A stretch of DNA of 64,000 nt from an uncultured Thiomicrospira sp. (GTDB taxonomy: Bacteria; Pseudomonadota; Gammaproteobacteria; CAKMZV01), in NCBI GenBank assembly GCA_965195345.1, contig OZ239628.1, positions 1,472,001-1,536,000 on the forward strand, written 5' to 3'. A program made the position numbers and the translations under genes. The notes beneath the pieces were generated by a model, which searched no databases, was not told the DNA's origin, and saw only the letters and a list, made by a program, of their open reading frames with translations. This document shows, piece by piece, positions 12,309 to 21,388 of this stretch (its first letter is position 1; each line of letters starts with the position of its first letter).

Positions 12309-13527
12309 CTCTCATGTTTATCCGCAGACACCTAAGCAAAAGACATACGATGTTGTAATCATCGGCGGTGCTATGTTTGGTTCATCAACCGCATGGTTTC
12401 TTAGCAACAATTCCGATTTTAACGGTTCTGTATTAGTTATAGAAAAAGACCCTTCATACGCAAAAAGTGCAACAGCACATACAAACTCATGCATGCGCCA
12501 ACAATTTAGCAACGAGTTGAATATCCACATCTCACAATTTTCAGCCGATTTTGTGAAAAATTTATCCGCATACATGGGCAATGATGAGAGGATTCCTGAA
12601 CTATTCATACAAAATTACGGTTATATGTATCTTGCGGATAATCAGAATTTTGCCAGCGTTTTACAAGAAAGTCATGCCGTACAACAAAAAGCAGGCGCAG
12701 CAACGCGTTTAATGACACCTGAGGTGATAAAACAGCATTATCCTTTCTACAACGTCGATGATATTGCCTTGGGCAGTATCAACACCGTTGATGAAGGCTA
12801 TTGGGATTGTAATACCGTGTTTGATTGCTGGCGAAGATCGGCACGTGAGCATGGCGTTGAATTCATTGATAACGAAGTTGTATCCATTAGCACCAATACT
12901 CAAAAAAACAAAGTCAACAGCATACTATTGAAAACAGGAGAAACCATTAACTGTTCTAAATTGGTTAATGCTACGGGCACTCGGGGTGCATTAACTGCGC
13001 AAATGGTTGGCATTGATATACCGATTGAACCACGCAAACGCTACACTTGGATTTTTTCAGCTGAAAAACCGCTTGATCAAGATTTACCATTGACCATCGA
13101 TCCTAGTGGTGTTCATTTCAGACAAGACGGCAAAGATACTTACCTAGCTGGCGGACATTCAGAATATGATCCAGCAGTTGATTACGATGATTTTATTATG
13201 GATTTTTCACTCTGGGAAGAACATATATGGCCTGTCATCGCTCATCGAATCCCGCAATTTGAAGCCATTAAAGTAATCAATGAGTGGGCTGGACATTACG
13301 ACTTCAATACCTTCGACCATAACGCTATAGTAGGTCCCCACACCGAGATTGATAATTTTATTTTCTTAAATGGATTCTCTGGACATGGCTTGCAACAATC
13401 ACCAGCGTTGGGGCGAGGCACTGCTGAATTTATTACCTATGGTGAATATCGCAGCCTTGACCTCAGTCCATTTCACTACGAACGCATCCTCAACAATACC
13501 CCATTAGTCGAAAAAGCCATCATATAA
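12301..13527 (+). CDS. FAD-dependent oxidoreductase (DAO/sarcosine oxidase beta/FOXRED1-like)
   Basis: VVIIGGAMFGSS Rossmann motif, WAGHYD, GFSGHGLQQSPA; TTG start with AGGAG RBS. Confidence 0.93.
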   Translation: MISSHVYPQTPKQKTYDVVIIGGAMFGSSTAWFLSNNSDFNGSVLVIEKDPSYAKSATAHTNSCMRQQFSNELNIHISQFSADFVKNLSAYMGNDERIPELFIQNYGYMYLADNQNFASVLQESHAVQQKAGAATRLMTPEVIKQHYPFYNVDDIALGSINTVDEGYWDCNTVFDCWRRSAREHGVEFIDNEVVSISTNTQKNKVNSILLKTGETINCSKLVNATGTRGALTAQMVGIDIPIEPRKRYTWIFSAEKPLDQDLPLTIDPSGVHFRQDGKDTYLAGGHSEYDPAVDYDDFIMDFSLWEEHIWPVIAHRIPQFEAIKVINEWAGHYDFNTFDHNAIVGPHTEIDNFIFLNGFSGHGLQQSPALGRGTAEFITYGEYRSLDLSPFHYERILNNTPLVEKAII

Positions 13528-13533
13528 AAGCTT

Positions 13534-14295
13534 ATGAAAACAAACCTTTTCCTCAAGGCTATACGCTCTGGGAAACAACAAATTGGCTTATGGCTTTCAC
13601 TAACCAGCAATCACTCTGCTGAAGTCATTGCGCATACGAACTTTGATTGGGTGCTTATCGATATGGAACATTCACCTAACGATCTCCAAAGCGTACTGGC
13701 ACAACTGCAAGTTTTTGAAAACTTTGAAACGACCGTTCTGGTTAGACCACCGTGGAAAGATGCAGTGAAAGTAAAACAACTACTTGATATTGGCGCACAA
13801 GGATTAGTATTTCCAATGGTGCAATCGGCAGAGGATGCAAAACACTTGATTGCATCCACTCGTTACCCACCAGCGGGTATTCGCGGTGTCGGTAGCACCA
13901 CACGCGCTACCGCTTTTGGGCGCGATAAAAGTTATTTTTCTCAAGCAGATAATGAAACTGCTGTTATTTTACAAATTGAAACGCAAAGCGCATTAGAACA
14001 AATAGGAGAAATTTCTAAAATCGAAGGAATTGATGGCGTTTTTTTCGGTCCTTCAGACATTGCCGCCGATATGGGCTTAATTGGACAATCACTGCATCCT
14101 GAAGTATGGCGAAAAATCATGCCAGCTGTTAAAAAATTACAAACCGCTAACATTCCTGTTGGCACATTAGTGCTCGATCCTGAATTTGCCAAAAAACTGC
14201 TTGATGAGGGATTCTCCTTTGTCGCTTGTGGCATTGATGCGGCACTGCTTGCAAGCAGCAGTGATCAACTACTCAAGAAAATGCGCAGTAATTAA
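13534..14295 (+). CDS. HpcH/HpaI class II pyruvate aldolase family protein
   Basis: IDMEHSP, LLDIGAQG, QIET, FFGPSD motifs. Confidence 0.94.
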   Translation: MKTNLFLKAIRSGKQQIGLWLSLTSNHSAEVIAHTNFDWVLIDMEHSPNDLQSVLAQLQVFENFETTVLVRPPWKDAVKVKQLLDIGAQGLVFPMVQSAEDAKHLIASTRYPPAGIRGVGSTTRATAFGRDKSYFSQADNETAVILQIETQSALEQIGEISKIEGIDGVFFGPSDIAADMGLIGQSLHPEVWRKIMPAVKKLQTANIPVGTLVLDPEFAKKLLDEGFSFVACGIDAALLASSSDQLLKKMRSN

Positions 14296-14297
14296 AC
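14191..14297 (+). repeat. 107-bp direct repeat, copy 1 (3' end of the aldolase gene)
   Basis: Matches 16116-16222 with 3 mismatches. Confidence 0.95.
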
Positions 14298-14466
14298 CGT
14301 TAGGGCAATATAAGGGAATGCATGCCATTTCTAAACGCAGTTACTGCTCTAAAGATACTTTTAGCAACCAGAGCTAAACAACAAGAAAAGGGTTACTCTT
14401 TAATCAATTTTTCAATTGGCATCGAAACTTTTGACCTATCAGGTAGTTTAGTGCTAAGTGAACTAC

Positions 14467-14556
14467 TTAATTTTCTAAAAATGTCTTTTCATCTATTACT
14501 GAGTTCATATACAAAGAACTTATCAAACCAACAAGCACTCGCAAAAACATATTCAT
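14467..14556 (-). pseudogene. truncated third copy of the tandem secreted-protein gene
   Basis: MNMFLRVLVGLISSLYMNSVI matches the N-termini of the two paralogues, then DEKTFLEN*. Confidence 0.85.
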
Positions 14557-14630
14557 ATATCCTATTGATTTAGCCATTTTATTAAGTCAATCGGGTTTCC
14601 TTTTTAAACGACTGAGCAAAAACAACTGAG

Positions 14631-15278
14631 TTACTTACATTTTTCCCTTACTTTAAAAACGTAATCACGATCATACGGCACATATTTTTCACCATTAAAA
14701 ACATATGCGACAGGAATTAATGCATATATCCCTATTTCAGGATATGGATCACAAGTAACAATAATTGCTTTAAAAGCATTTTCATAGAATTGAAAATAAT
14801 AGGATGGAAAATAATCGAATGTTAATAACAACGATGAATCTATTTGAAATATTTTTTTAAATTCTCCTTTTTTAACTTGCATAAATATTCTAACAAAATA
14901 TTTAGTTTCAAAAATTTCGCTTACGACTACATCGTATAAACCATCATCATTAATATCTAAATGCTTCAAGTTAACTTCATCACCTGAAAATATGGGTTGG
15001 TCAAGTTCTATAATCTTTTCATTTTCTATGATAAGCGGAATCGACTTATAGTGGCTTGTTTCATTAGGAAATACATTAGGTGCTAAATAAACATTTAGAA
15101 TATAAACGCCTTTTGAGATTTTCTTAATACCTAAAGGGAAACTGGTCGAATACCCCCTTGATTGAATATTTTCAAGTACGGTTTGGGGTATATTGTTACT
15201 TGGTATATTTCCACCTATTACTGAGTTCATATACAAAGAACTTATCAAACCAACAAAAACTCGCGAAAACATATTCAT
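14631..15278 (-). CDS. hypothetical secreted protein, tandem paralogue A
   Basis: 215 aa; signal-like N-terminus; DINDDGLYD Ca-binding-like loop; near-identical to 15354-15992. Confidence 0.85.
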   Translation of the reverse strand: MNMFSRVFVGLISSLYMNSVIGGNIPSNNIPQTVLENIQSRGYSTSFPLGIKKISKGVYILNVYLAPNVFPNETSHYKSIPLIIENEKIIELDQPIFSGDEVNLKHLDINDDGLYDVVVSEIFETKYFVRIFMQVKKGEFKKIFQIDSSLLLTFDYFPSYYFQFYENAFKAIIVTCDPYPEIGIYALIPVAYVFNGEKYVPYDRDYVFKVREKCK

Positions 15279-15353
15279 ATATCCTATTATATTGAGCCAT
15301 TTTAATGAGTCAATCGGGTTTCCTTTTTAAACGACTGAGCAAAAACAACTGAG

Positions 15354-15992
15354 TTACTTACATTTTTCCTCTACTTTAAAAGCGTACTCACGATCATACG
15401 GCACATATTCTTCACCATTGAAAACATATACGACAAGAATTACTGTGTATGCATAACCCTCCATGTCAGGATATGCATCACAAGTAACAATAATTGTTTT
15501 AAAACCATGTTCATTCAATGGAATATTATTAAATTTCAATGGCAACGATGAATCTACTTGAAATATTTTTTTAAATTCTCCTTTTTTAACTTGCATAAAT
15601 ATTCTAACAAAATATTTAGTTTCAAAACTTTCGCTTACGGCTACATCGTATAAACCATCATCATTAATATCCAAATATTTCAAATTAACCCCCTCACCTG
15701 AAAATATGGGTTGGTCGAGCTCTATAATCTTTTCATTTTCTATGATAAGCGGGATCGACTTATAGTAGCTTGTTTCATTAGGAAATACATTGGGTGCTAA
15801 ATAAGCATTTAGAATGTAAACACCTTTTGAAATTTTCTTAATACCTAAAGGGAAACTGGTCGAATACCCCCTTGATTGAATATTTTCAAGTACGGTTTGG
15901 GGTATATTGTTACTTGATATATCTCCACCTATTACTGAGTTCATATACAAAGAACTTATCAAACCAACAAACACTCGCAAAAAAATATTCAT
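15354..15992 (-). CDS. hypothetical secreted protein, tandem paralogue B
   Basis: 212 aa paralogue; repeat unit 723 bp including a conserved intergenic spacer. Confidence 0.85.
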   Translation of the reverse strand: MNIFLRVFVGLISSLYMNSVIGGDISSNNIPQTVLENIQSRGYSTSFPLGIKKISKGVYILNAYLAPNVFPNETSYYKSIPLIIENEKIIELDQPIFSGEGVNLKYLDINDDGLYDVAVSESFETKYFVRIFMQVKKGEFKKIFQVDSSLPLKFNNIPLNEHGFKTIIVTCDAYPDMEGYAYTVILVVYVFNGEEYVPYDREYAFKVEEKCK

Positions 15993-16115
15993 ATATTATT
16001 ATTCAGAATCTGTAAATGTTTAAACTGTGTCACTTTTTATAATTTCATGCATAACAAATGTTGGCAATTCTTTTTTTCCACTGCATTGTATGCTTCGTTG
16101 CCTAAAGTGGTAGGG

Positions 16116-16222
16116 AAAAAATTGCTTGATGAGGGATTCTCCTTTGTCGCTTGTGGCATTGATGCGGCACTGCTTGCAAGCAGCAGTGATCAACTGCTCA
16201 AGAAAATGCGCAGCAATTAAAC
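16116..16222 (+). repeat. 107-bp direct repeat, copy 2 (orphan aldolase 3' end)
   Basis: Encodes the same KKLLDEG...KMRSN* peptide as 14191-14295. Confidence 0.95.
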
Positions 16223-16408
16223 TTGGCTGAGAGGTAAACTTTTGTCTAAAAATAGTAAAAAGTATTGCTTATAATCTTTAGTGCATAAACAATAAATAAA
16301 ACCTTTCAAAGGTTGCCTTAGTCTCTATTCAAAACAGCTCACAACAAAACAATCAACTCCACAAATAAGTTTTATATTTAACCAAATATAAAGAGATAGC
16401 CAATAAGA

Positions 16409-17254
16409 ATGAATAATATAAAAATGTTGCACAGAATTTCTATTGATGGCGAAGCTATTCATGGCATTTATAGAGCAAGACAACTCGGCTTATCTTATGA
16501 TTACGAAGCGTTAATAAATTACCTAGATACACAGTTGAATAATAAATACCTCTTGGGGTCGTTAAAAGAAGCTATTTTAGATTCTCAAATAATCCATTTA
16601 ACTTTTGATGACGGTTATGTTGAACACCTTGAAGTTGCACGGAGATTGAAAGAGCGATACAACTTGAGACGACAAGATATTACTTTTGCAATTAATGTGC
16701 GCAATAGCACTAAAGATTTAAAAATCTGCACAGATTGGTTTTATTTGATGATGCATGATAATAAAGCAGAAACTCTAATAGAACTACTTTACCAATCAGG
16801 CTATAGCAAGAGTTTAACAACTAATGACTTAACATCTTCTTTTGAGGATATTAAATCATTCATTTTCAGGAAAAACATTACCGAGATAAAACAATTTTAT
16901 AAAGCGTTATCTAAAGTAATTAAATTATCGAATCACCCTCCATTTTTTTTGAATGAGTATCAGGTTTTAGAATTATCTAAATTATTTTCAATTGCTTCCC
17001 ACTCTATAAATCATATATATTTAAATAATCTAAAAGACAAGGATGCACTTTATGAAATAGCGCAATCTAAATTAGAATTAGAGAAAATAATTAAGCAAAG
17101 CGTGGATGTATTTTGCTACCCTGATGGAATAAATACAAAGCGTTTACAGGGGTTATGTCAACAAACTGGATATAAATATGCATTATCTATTAAACAAGAT
17201 GCACAGAAGCATAATCCGTACTGCATACCAAGGTTTGCAGGAATTGAAACATAG
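16409..17254 (+). CDS. polysaccharide deacetylase (NodB/CE4) family protein
   Basis: LTFDDGY, IASHSINH, FCYPDG, IPR motifs. Confidence 0.9.
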   Translation: MNNIKMLHRISIDGEAIHGIYRARQLGLSYDYEALINYLDTQLNNKYLLGSLKEAILDSQIIHLTFDDGYVEHLEVARRLKERYNLRRQDITFAINVRNSTKDLKICTDWFYLMMHDNKAETLIELLYQSGYSKSLTTNDLTSSFEDIKSFIFRKNITEIKQFYKALSKVIKLSNHPPFFLNEYQVLELSKLFSIASHSINHIYLNNLKDKDALYEIAQSKLELEKIIKQSVDVFCYPDGINTKRLQGLCQQTGYKYALSIKQDAQKHNPYCIPRFAGIET

Positions 17255-17353
17255 CCGTAGATAATTTAGTGATTCATGATGAGATGCTCTTTTACAGGAA
17301 TAATATTGAGAATAAAGGTGCGTTAGAAAGAGAACGTATTTCAAATACCAGAT

Positions 17354-17476
17354 TTTTGTGAAAATCATGTTTTCATAGGAGCTAATTCAACTGTTCTACC
17401 TGAATGTGTTGTAGGTGAAGGAGCCACAATAGGAGCAGAGCATGGAAAAGGTTATGCAGAAGAAAGCCATGTATAA
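17354..17476 (+). pseudogene. fragment of a hexapeptide-repeat acetyltransferase
   Basis: Frame reads CENHVFIGANSTVLPECVVGEGATIGA; no start, upstream in-frame stop. Confidence 0.7.
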
Positions 17477-17632
17477 ATGGGGTAGATTTTGATAAATGGT
17501 CTAGAGAAAGATTAAAGCATACAGGTAATATTAGGCAACACAACAAAAGTAAAACTGATAAATTAGTCCCCGTTAGTGATATTGATATGGTGTTGAGTAT
17601 TCAATTGTTCGTTAGGATAGAATTAGGGCAAT

Positions 17633-17791
17633 ATGAAAGACATCTGGATAGTTGATAAGATTGCTGACAATCTTCAAGAAGTGAACAATAATTCCTTTTC
17701 AGAAGGGCATCAGCCTTTAGGACTTACAGCTGGTGGATATTTATCACATGCGAAAGAAACTCAAGAATGGATAAGTTTGAGAACAATCTGA
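17633..17791 (+). CDS. small hypothetical protein or gene remnant (52 aa)
   Basis: MKDIWIVDK...WISLRTI*, ends 6 nt before the NAT start. Confidence 0.35.
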   Translation: MKDIWIVDKIADNLQEVNNNSFSEGHQPLGLTAGGYLSHAKETQEWISLRTI

Positions 17792-17797
17792 TTTTTC

Positions 17798-18631
17798 ATG
17801 AATTTCGAAAATACATTATTAGATAAAAAAGAAATAGAATCTTTTCTGCAATCCATTAATGTACATCAAAATACTGACCAACTAATACAGTTAGAGCACA
17901 TTATTAAAGGAGTTATCTATAACATTCCATTTAATAATTTATTTCTATTAAACTCTCAAAGTATAAGACCTACTAGTCAAGATGTGATTAACCTCATGTT
18001 AACGGGTCAAGGTGGTTTATGTGATGTCATGAACCCTTTTCTTTATCTAGTATTTAAATCATTAGGTTATGAGATCGCATTCATGTCAGCGTCAATGGAA
18101 TTTCCGCATTGCCATATTATTCTAAAAGTTTCGATTAAAGGAAGAAAATACCTAATAGATGCTGGCAATGGATATCCTTATTTAAATCCTTTACCTTTAG
18201 ATGAAGAACGGTTTTTTTCGCCGCGACAATTTTCACATCGCTTATTCAATTACAAAGTTGAATCCCAACAAGGTAAATACTATATGTTTCATAAAACGAG
18301 AGGTAGTAAGCAATGGAAAGCCGATTATAATTTTTATGATAAGAGTGTTTTGTTCTCTAGCTTTGATGACATGCTTAAAAAACAATACACTAAAATTGGT
18401 TGGGGACCATTTCTTAAAAGCATTCAAATAAAAAAATGGACTAATTCAGGAGGATTGTTTCTAAGAAACAATTTTTTCTGGGATGCAGATAAAAATATTA
18501 AAAAACGAATTAGCAACCCAGCAGAATTACATCATTGTTTGCAGAATAATTTTCATATTGAAATGGAACCATTAAACGTTAATAAAATTTGGAATATTTG
18601 GCAAAGCAATATAATGAATGTGCATGAATAA
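17798..18631 (+). CDS. arylamine N-acetyltransferase family protein
   Basis: IPFNNL, GQGGLC (Cys), HCHIIL (His), LIDAGNG (Asp) triad. Confidence 0.9.
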   Translation: MNFENTLLDKKEIESFLQSINVHQNTDQLIQLEHIIKGVIYNIPFNNLFLLNSQSIRPTSQDVINLMLTGQGGLCDVMNPFLYLVFKSLGYEIAFMSASMEFPHCHIILKVSIKGRKYLIDAGNGYPYLNPLPLDEERFFSPRQFSHRLFNYKVESQQGKYYMFHKTRGSKQWKADYNFYDKSVLFSSFDDMLKKQYTKIGWGPFLKSIQIKKWTNSGGLFLRNNFFWDADKNIKKRISNPAELHHCLQNNFHIEMEPLNVNKIWNIWQSNIMNVHE

Positions 18632-19772
18632 AATCGTAAATAATAAAATTTTTGATATAGACGACTCTAAGTTAGCTGAGTTTTATCAAGAGCATGGCTG
18701 GGTTATTGTGAAAGGTATTTTTAATTCAAACGAAATAAAAAGTCTAAACTTACAGCGGCAAAATATGGTTGAAAAGTATTCTAAAGATATTGGAGTGACT
18801 TTAGAAAAATACCTGTCAGAAATTAATCAATGGAGGGACTTATGGTTGCATGGAGGTACATTTGAAGATGCTATTTTCAACGAAAAAAAAATCCAATCAA
18901 CTGTAAAAAAAGCAATGGACTGGAATGGTTTGCAACTTCTACATGACCACATCATTTCTAAGCCAATTACAAATAATGATAAGATTCCATGGCATCAAGA
19001 CTCTATGTTTTGGCCAGTTGATAGACTCGGTTGCTCAAGTTGGACGGCTTTACAAGACACTTGTATTAATTCAGGATGTCTTGAAATATTAGACTGCAGT
19101 CATAAGAATGGATGTGCAGAACCTATTGATTTCATGCAAGAAGAAAAAAATGATTTTGACATAGGCTTGAAGCATATTCAGTTACCAGTAAAAACTGGAG
19201 AGACTATTATCCTGCACAGCCTAACTTGGCATCGTTCATCACCTAATATCAAAATTAATAATAGAGCTGCCCATATATCCTTATGGATACCTCCTTACTC
19301 TAGATGGCGTCCAGATTTAGTAGACTGGCATCCAATTAATGAATTTGTCGAAACCCAGTCTGGTGAGTATTTAAGAGGTGACAGAAATCCTATTTTTGGT
19401 GAAGTAGACGACTATTCAAAACCTAATAGGGTGATCCATGCAGGAACGAAAAACAAGACTGATGATATTACGATGTTTGATTCAAGTAAAAGAATCAGTA
19501 AACAGCTTTCAAGAATTTTAATGAGAGATGGAGATATCACAGCTTTACTTTCATCAGAAAGGAATAAGAAGGCAATTATTAGCAAAACATCTGAGGCGGG
19601 TATTTGTAAAGATGAAAATCTATTGTCAGAAGTATTGCACAAATTGTGGCTTTCACATGCTGCGTATAAAAAGAATAAGTCCAGAAATGTTTTTAATACT
19701 GCCTATGCTAAATGGTGGCAAATAGCAGGAAAAAATTGGGAAAAAATACACACAAAGAACAACTATGAATAA
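18624..19772 (+). CDS. phytanoyl-CoA dioxygenase (PhyH) family Fe/2OG oxygenase with C-terminal extension
   Basis: FYQEHGW, PWHQD (HxD), SWTALQD, TWHRSSPN (distal His). Confidence 0.9.
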   Translation: MNKIVNNKIFDIDDSKLAEFYQEHGWVIVKGIFNSNEIKSLNLQRQNMVEKYSKDIGVTLEKYLSEINQWRDLWLHGGTFEDAIFNEKKIQSTVKKAMDWNGLQLLHDHIISKPITNNDKIPWHQDSMFWPVDRLGCSSWTALQDTCINSGCLEILDCSHKNGCAEPIDFMQEEKNDFDIGLKHIQLPVKTGETIILHSLTWHRSSPNIKINNRAAHISLWIPPYSRWRPDLVDWHPINEFVETQSGEYLRGDRNPIFGEVDDYSKPNRVIHAGTKNKTDDITMFDSSKRISKQLSRILMRDGDITALLSSERNKKAIISKTSEAGICKDENLLSEVLHKLWLSHAAYKKNKSRNVFNTAYAKWWQIAGKNWEKIHTKNNYE

Positions 19773-20044
19773 AGTTTCAGTAACAGAAGGTTCCGGTTTT
19801 ATTGGCTCTCAATTTAGTGGAGGCATTAATTAGTAGCGGATATTATAGTAACCAATATTGATTTATGGGAATGCAAAAAAATCGTGGAAATGCGTTCAAG
19901 AGAAACAGCAATGTCATCTATATTATTGAGTTCAATGCAACTAAAAACATATTGAATTATGAAGTTCAAATGTCACTTGAAGAAGGTATTAGCAAAACAA
20001 TTCCTTACTACGAAAATATTTGGCAGAAAGTTCAACAGATATAA
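19765..20044 (+). pseudogene. internally deleted NAD-dependent epimerase/dehydratase
   Basis: Starts MNKVSVTEGSGFIGSQ, frameshift, LVEALISSGY; ends LNYEVQMSLEEGISKTIPYY; only about 280 bp remain. Confidence 0.75.
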
Positions 20045-20059
20045 ATTGATTTCTCCAAA

Positions 20060-21388
20060 ATGAAATATGAATTGTGGGTGGGTTTAGCTACATCAAAACC
20101 AGAAAATCTAAACAAGTTATTAACCAGTTTTATAAATAATAATATTGAGGAACTGCCAATTATAAAGAAGCTGAACTTTATAATTTATGTCAATGCTGAG
20201 GAACAATCATTATTCCATGACTTGAGTGCAGTTAAAAATCTGAATTGTTTATTAATACCGAACCAAGAAATCAAATCAAAACCGTTCCAAAAGTTTTCAA
20301 TAGCTCAAACAAGACAGATTATTCATCAAAACTTATTCAAACGAATACATAAAAAATGTAATGTTGTAGCGTGGATCATTGATGATGACACAGAAATTGA
20401 TCATAGAGTAGCTCATTACTTAAACTCTATGCCCATTTTTTTTGAGAACAATATTGATGTGGTTATCAGCCCATGTGATGGGGAATCAGCAAATTGTTTT
20501 TACGCTGGACTTAGGGTTCAACTATTTGACATTTATGAAAATTATAAATGGCTAAAATCTTTACCGCCGAATGACATCTTACCTGATAAAAGTAAAGATA
20601 ATTTTAAATTCCGTAGGCAATATCCAGAATATTATTATGACCTTACACAACTACATAGTGCGCATTTAAAAATCCCTTATTGGTTAGAGCCTGAATTTGA
20701 ATCCGAAACAGTTACTCAAGCAATCACTAGATTATTAGCAAACGCAAATCAATTATTGAACGGAAGAACCGTATCTAGAAAACTAATACATGATGTCCCT
20801 GACAATCTTTTACAACACGCAAAACCCTCAATTAATGCAGGAGGTAATGTTTTTGTGCTGAATGCCACAGCACTACTAACCCCAAACATCACTATCACTT
20901 TAGAAAATAGAAGTGTAAGAAGATCAGATATGATCTGGTTATTGATGAATATATCCATGCATCAAATGAACATTGTATCTACAAATTTGCCTATTATTCA
21001 TTTAGGAAGTAATGAAGGTCAAATCTCTCAAGAAAAAATGATTGACGAGTTGATTGGAGCATCCTTTGTGCACGCATTAAAAGAAATTGTAGGTGACAAT
21101 CACAGCTGGTGCTTTAGCAACCAAGAAAAAAAGAAGTTAGAAAAACTTTTCATAGCAAAGCTAAAACATAGAAACAATTTGTTTTCAGAGAATGTTATTT
21201 ATATAAAACAATTGATTAAAAAAATGCAATCACACCCACAACTAAGGACTTTTGGCACTAAGTGTTTAATTGCTTTTGATGAAAAAATGAACAATATTGT
21301 TCTTGAAGTAAACAAATTCATCTCTAAAGACATTGACCTAGAGTTGTTGTATAAAAACATCAGCAATCAAGTGACAAAAAATGTTTGA
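20060..21388 (+). CDS. hypothetical protein, possible GT-A-fold glycosyltransferase/nucleotidyltransferase
   Basis: 442 aa; SIAQTR..., AWIIDDD (DxD-like), AGGNVF, RRSD; fold call is inference. Confidence 0.6.
   Translation: MKYELWVGLATSKPENLNKLLTSFINNNIEELPIIKKLNFIIYVNAEEQSLFHDLSAVKNLNCLLIPNQEIKSKPFQKFSIAQTRQIIHQNLFKRIHKKCNVVAWIIDDDTEIDHRVAHYLNSMPIFFENNIDVVISPCDGESANCFYAGLRVQLFDIYENYKWLKSLPPNDILPDKSKDNFKFRRQYPEYYYDLTQLHSAHLKIPYWLEPEFESETVTQAITRLLANANQLLNGRTVSRKLIHDVPDNLLQHAKPSINAGGNVFVLNATALLTPNITITLENRSVRRSDMIWLLMNISMHQMNIVSTNLPIIHLGSNEGQISQEKMIDELIGASFVHALKEIVGDNHSWCFSNQEKKKLEKLFIAKLKHRNNLFSENVIYIKQLIKKMQSHPQLRTFGTKCLIAFDEKMNNIVLEVNKFISKDIDLELLYKNISNQVTKNV

Noticed and set aside
14322-14573. 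83-aa plus-strand ORF
   Set aside because: Overlaps the antisense of the truncated third paralogue; no independent support.
14557-14630. Conserved spacer of the tandem genes as an integron attC site
   Set aside because: Only a weak hairpin; no matching RYYYAAC/GTTRRRY ends; plain tandem duplication explains it.
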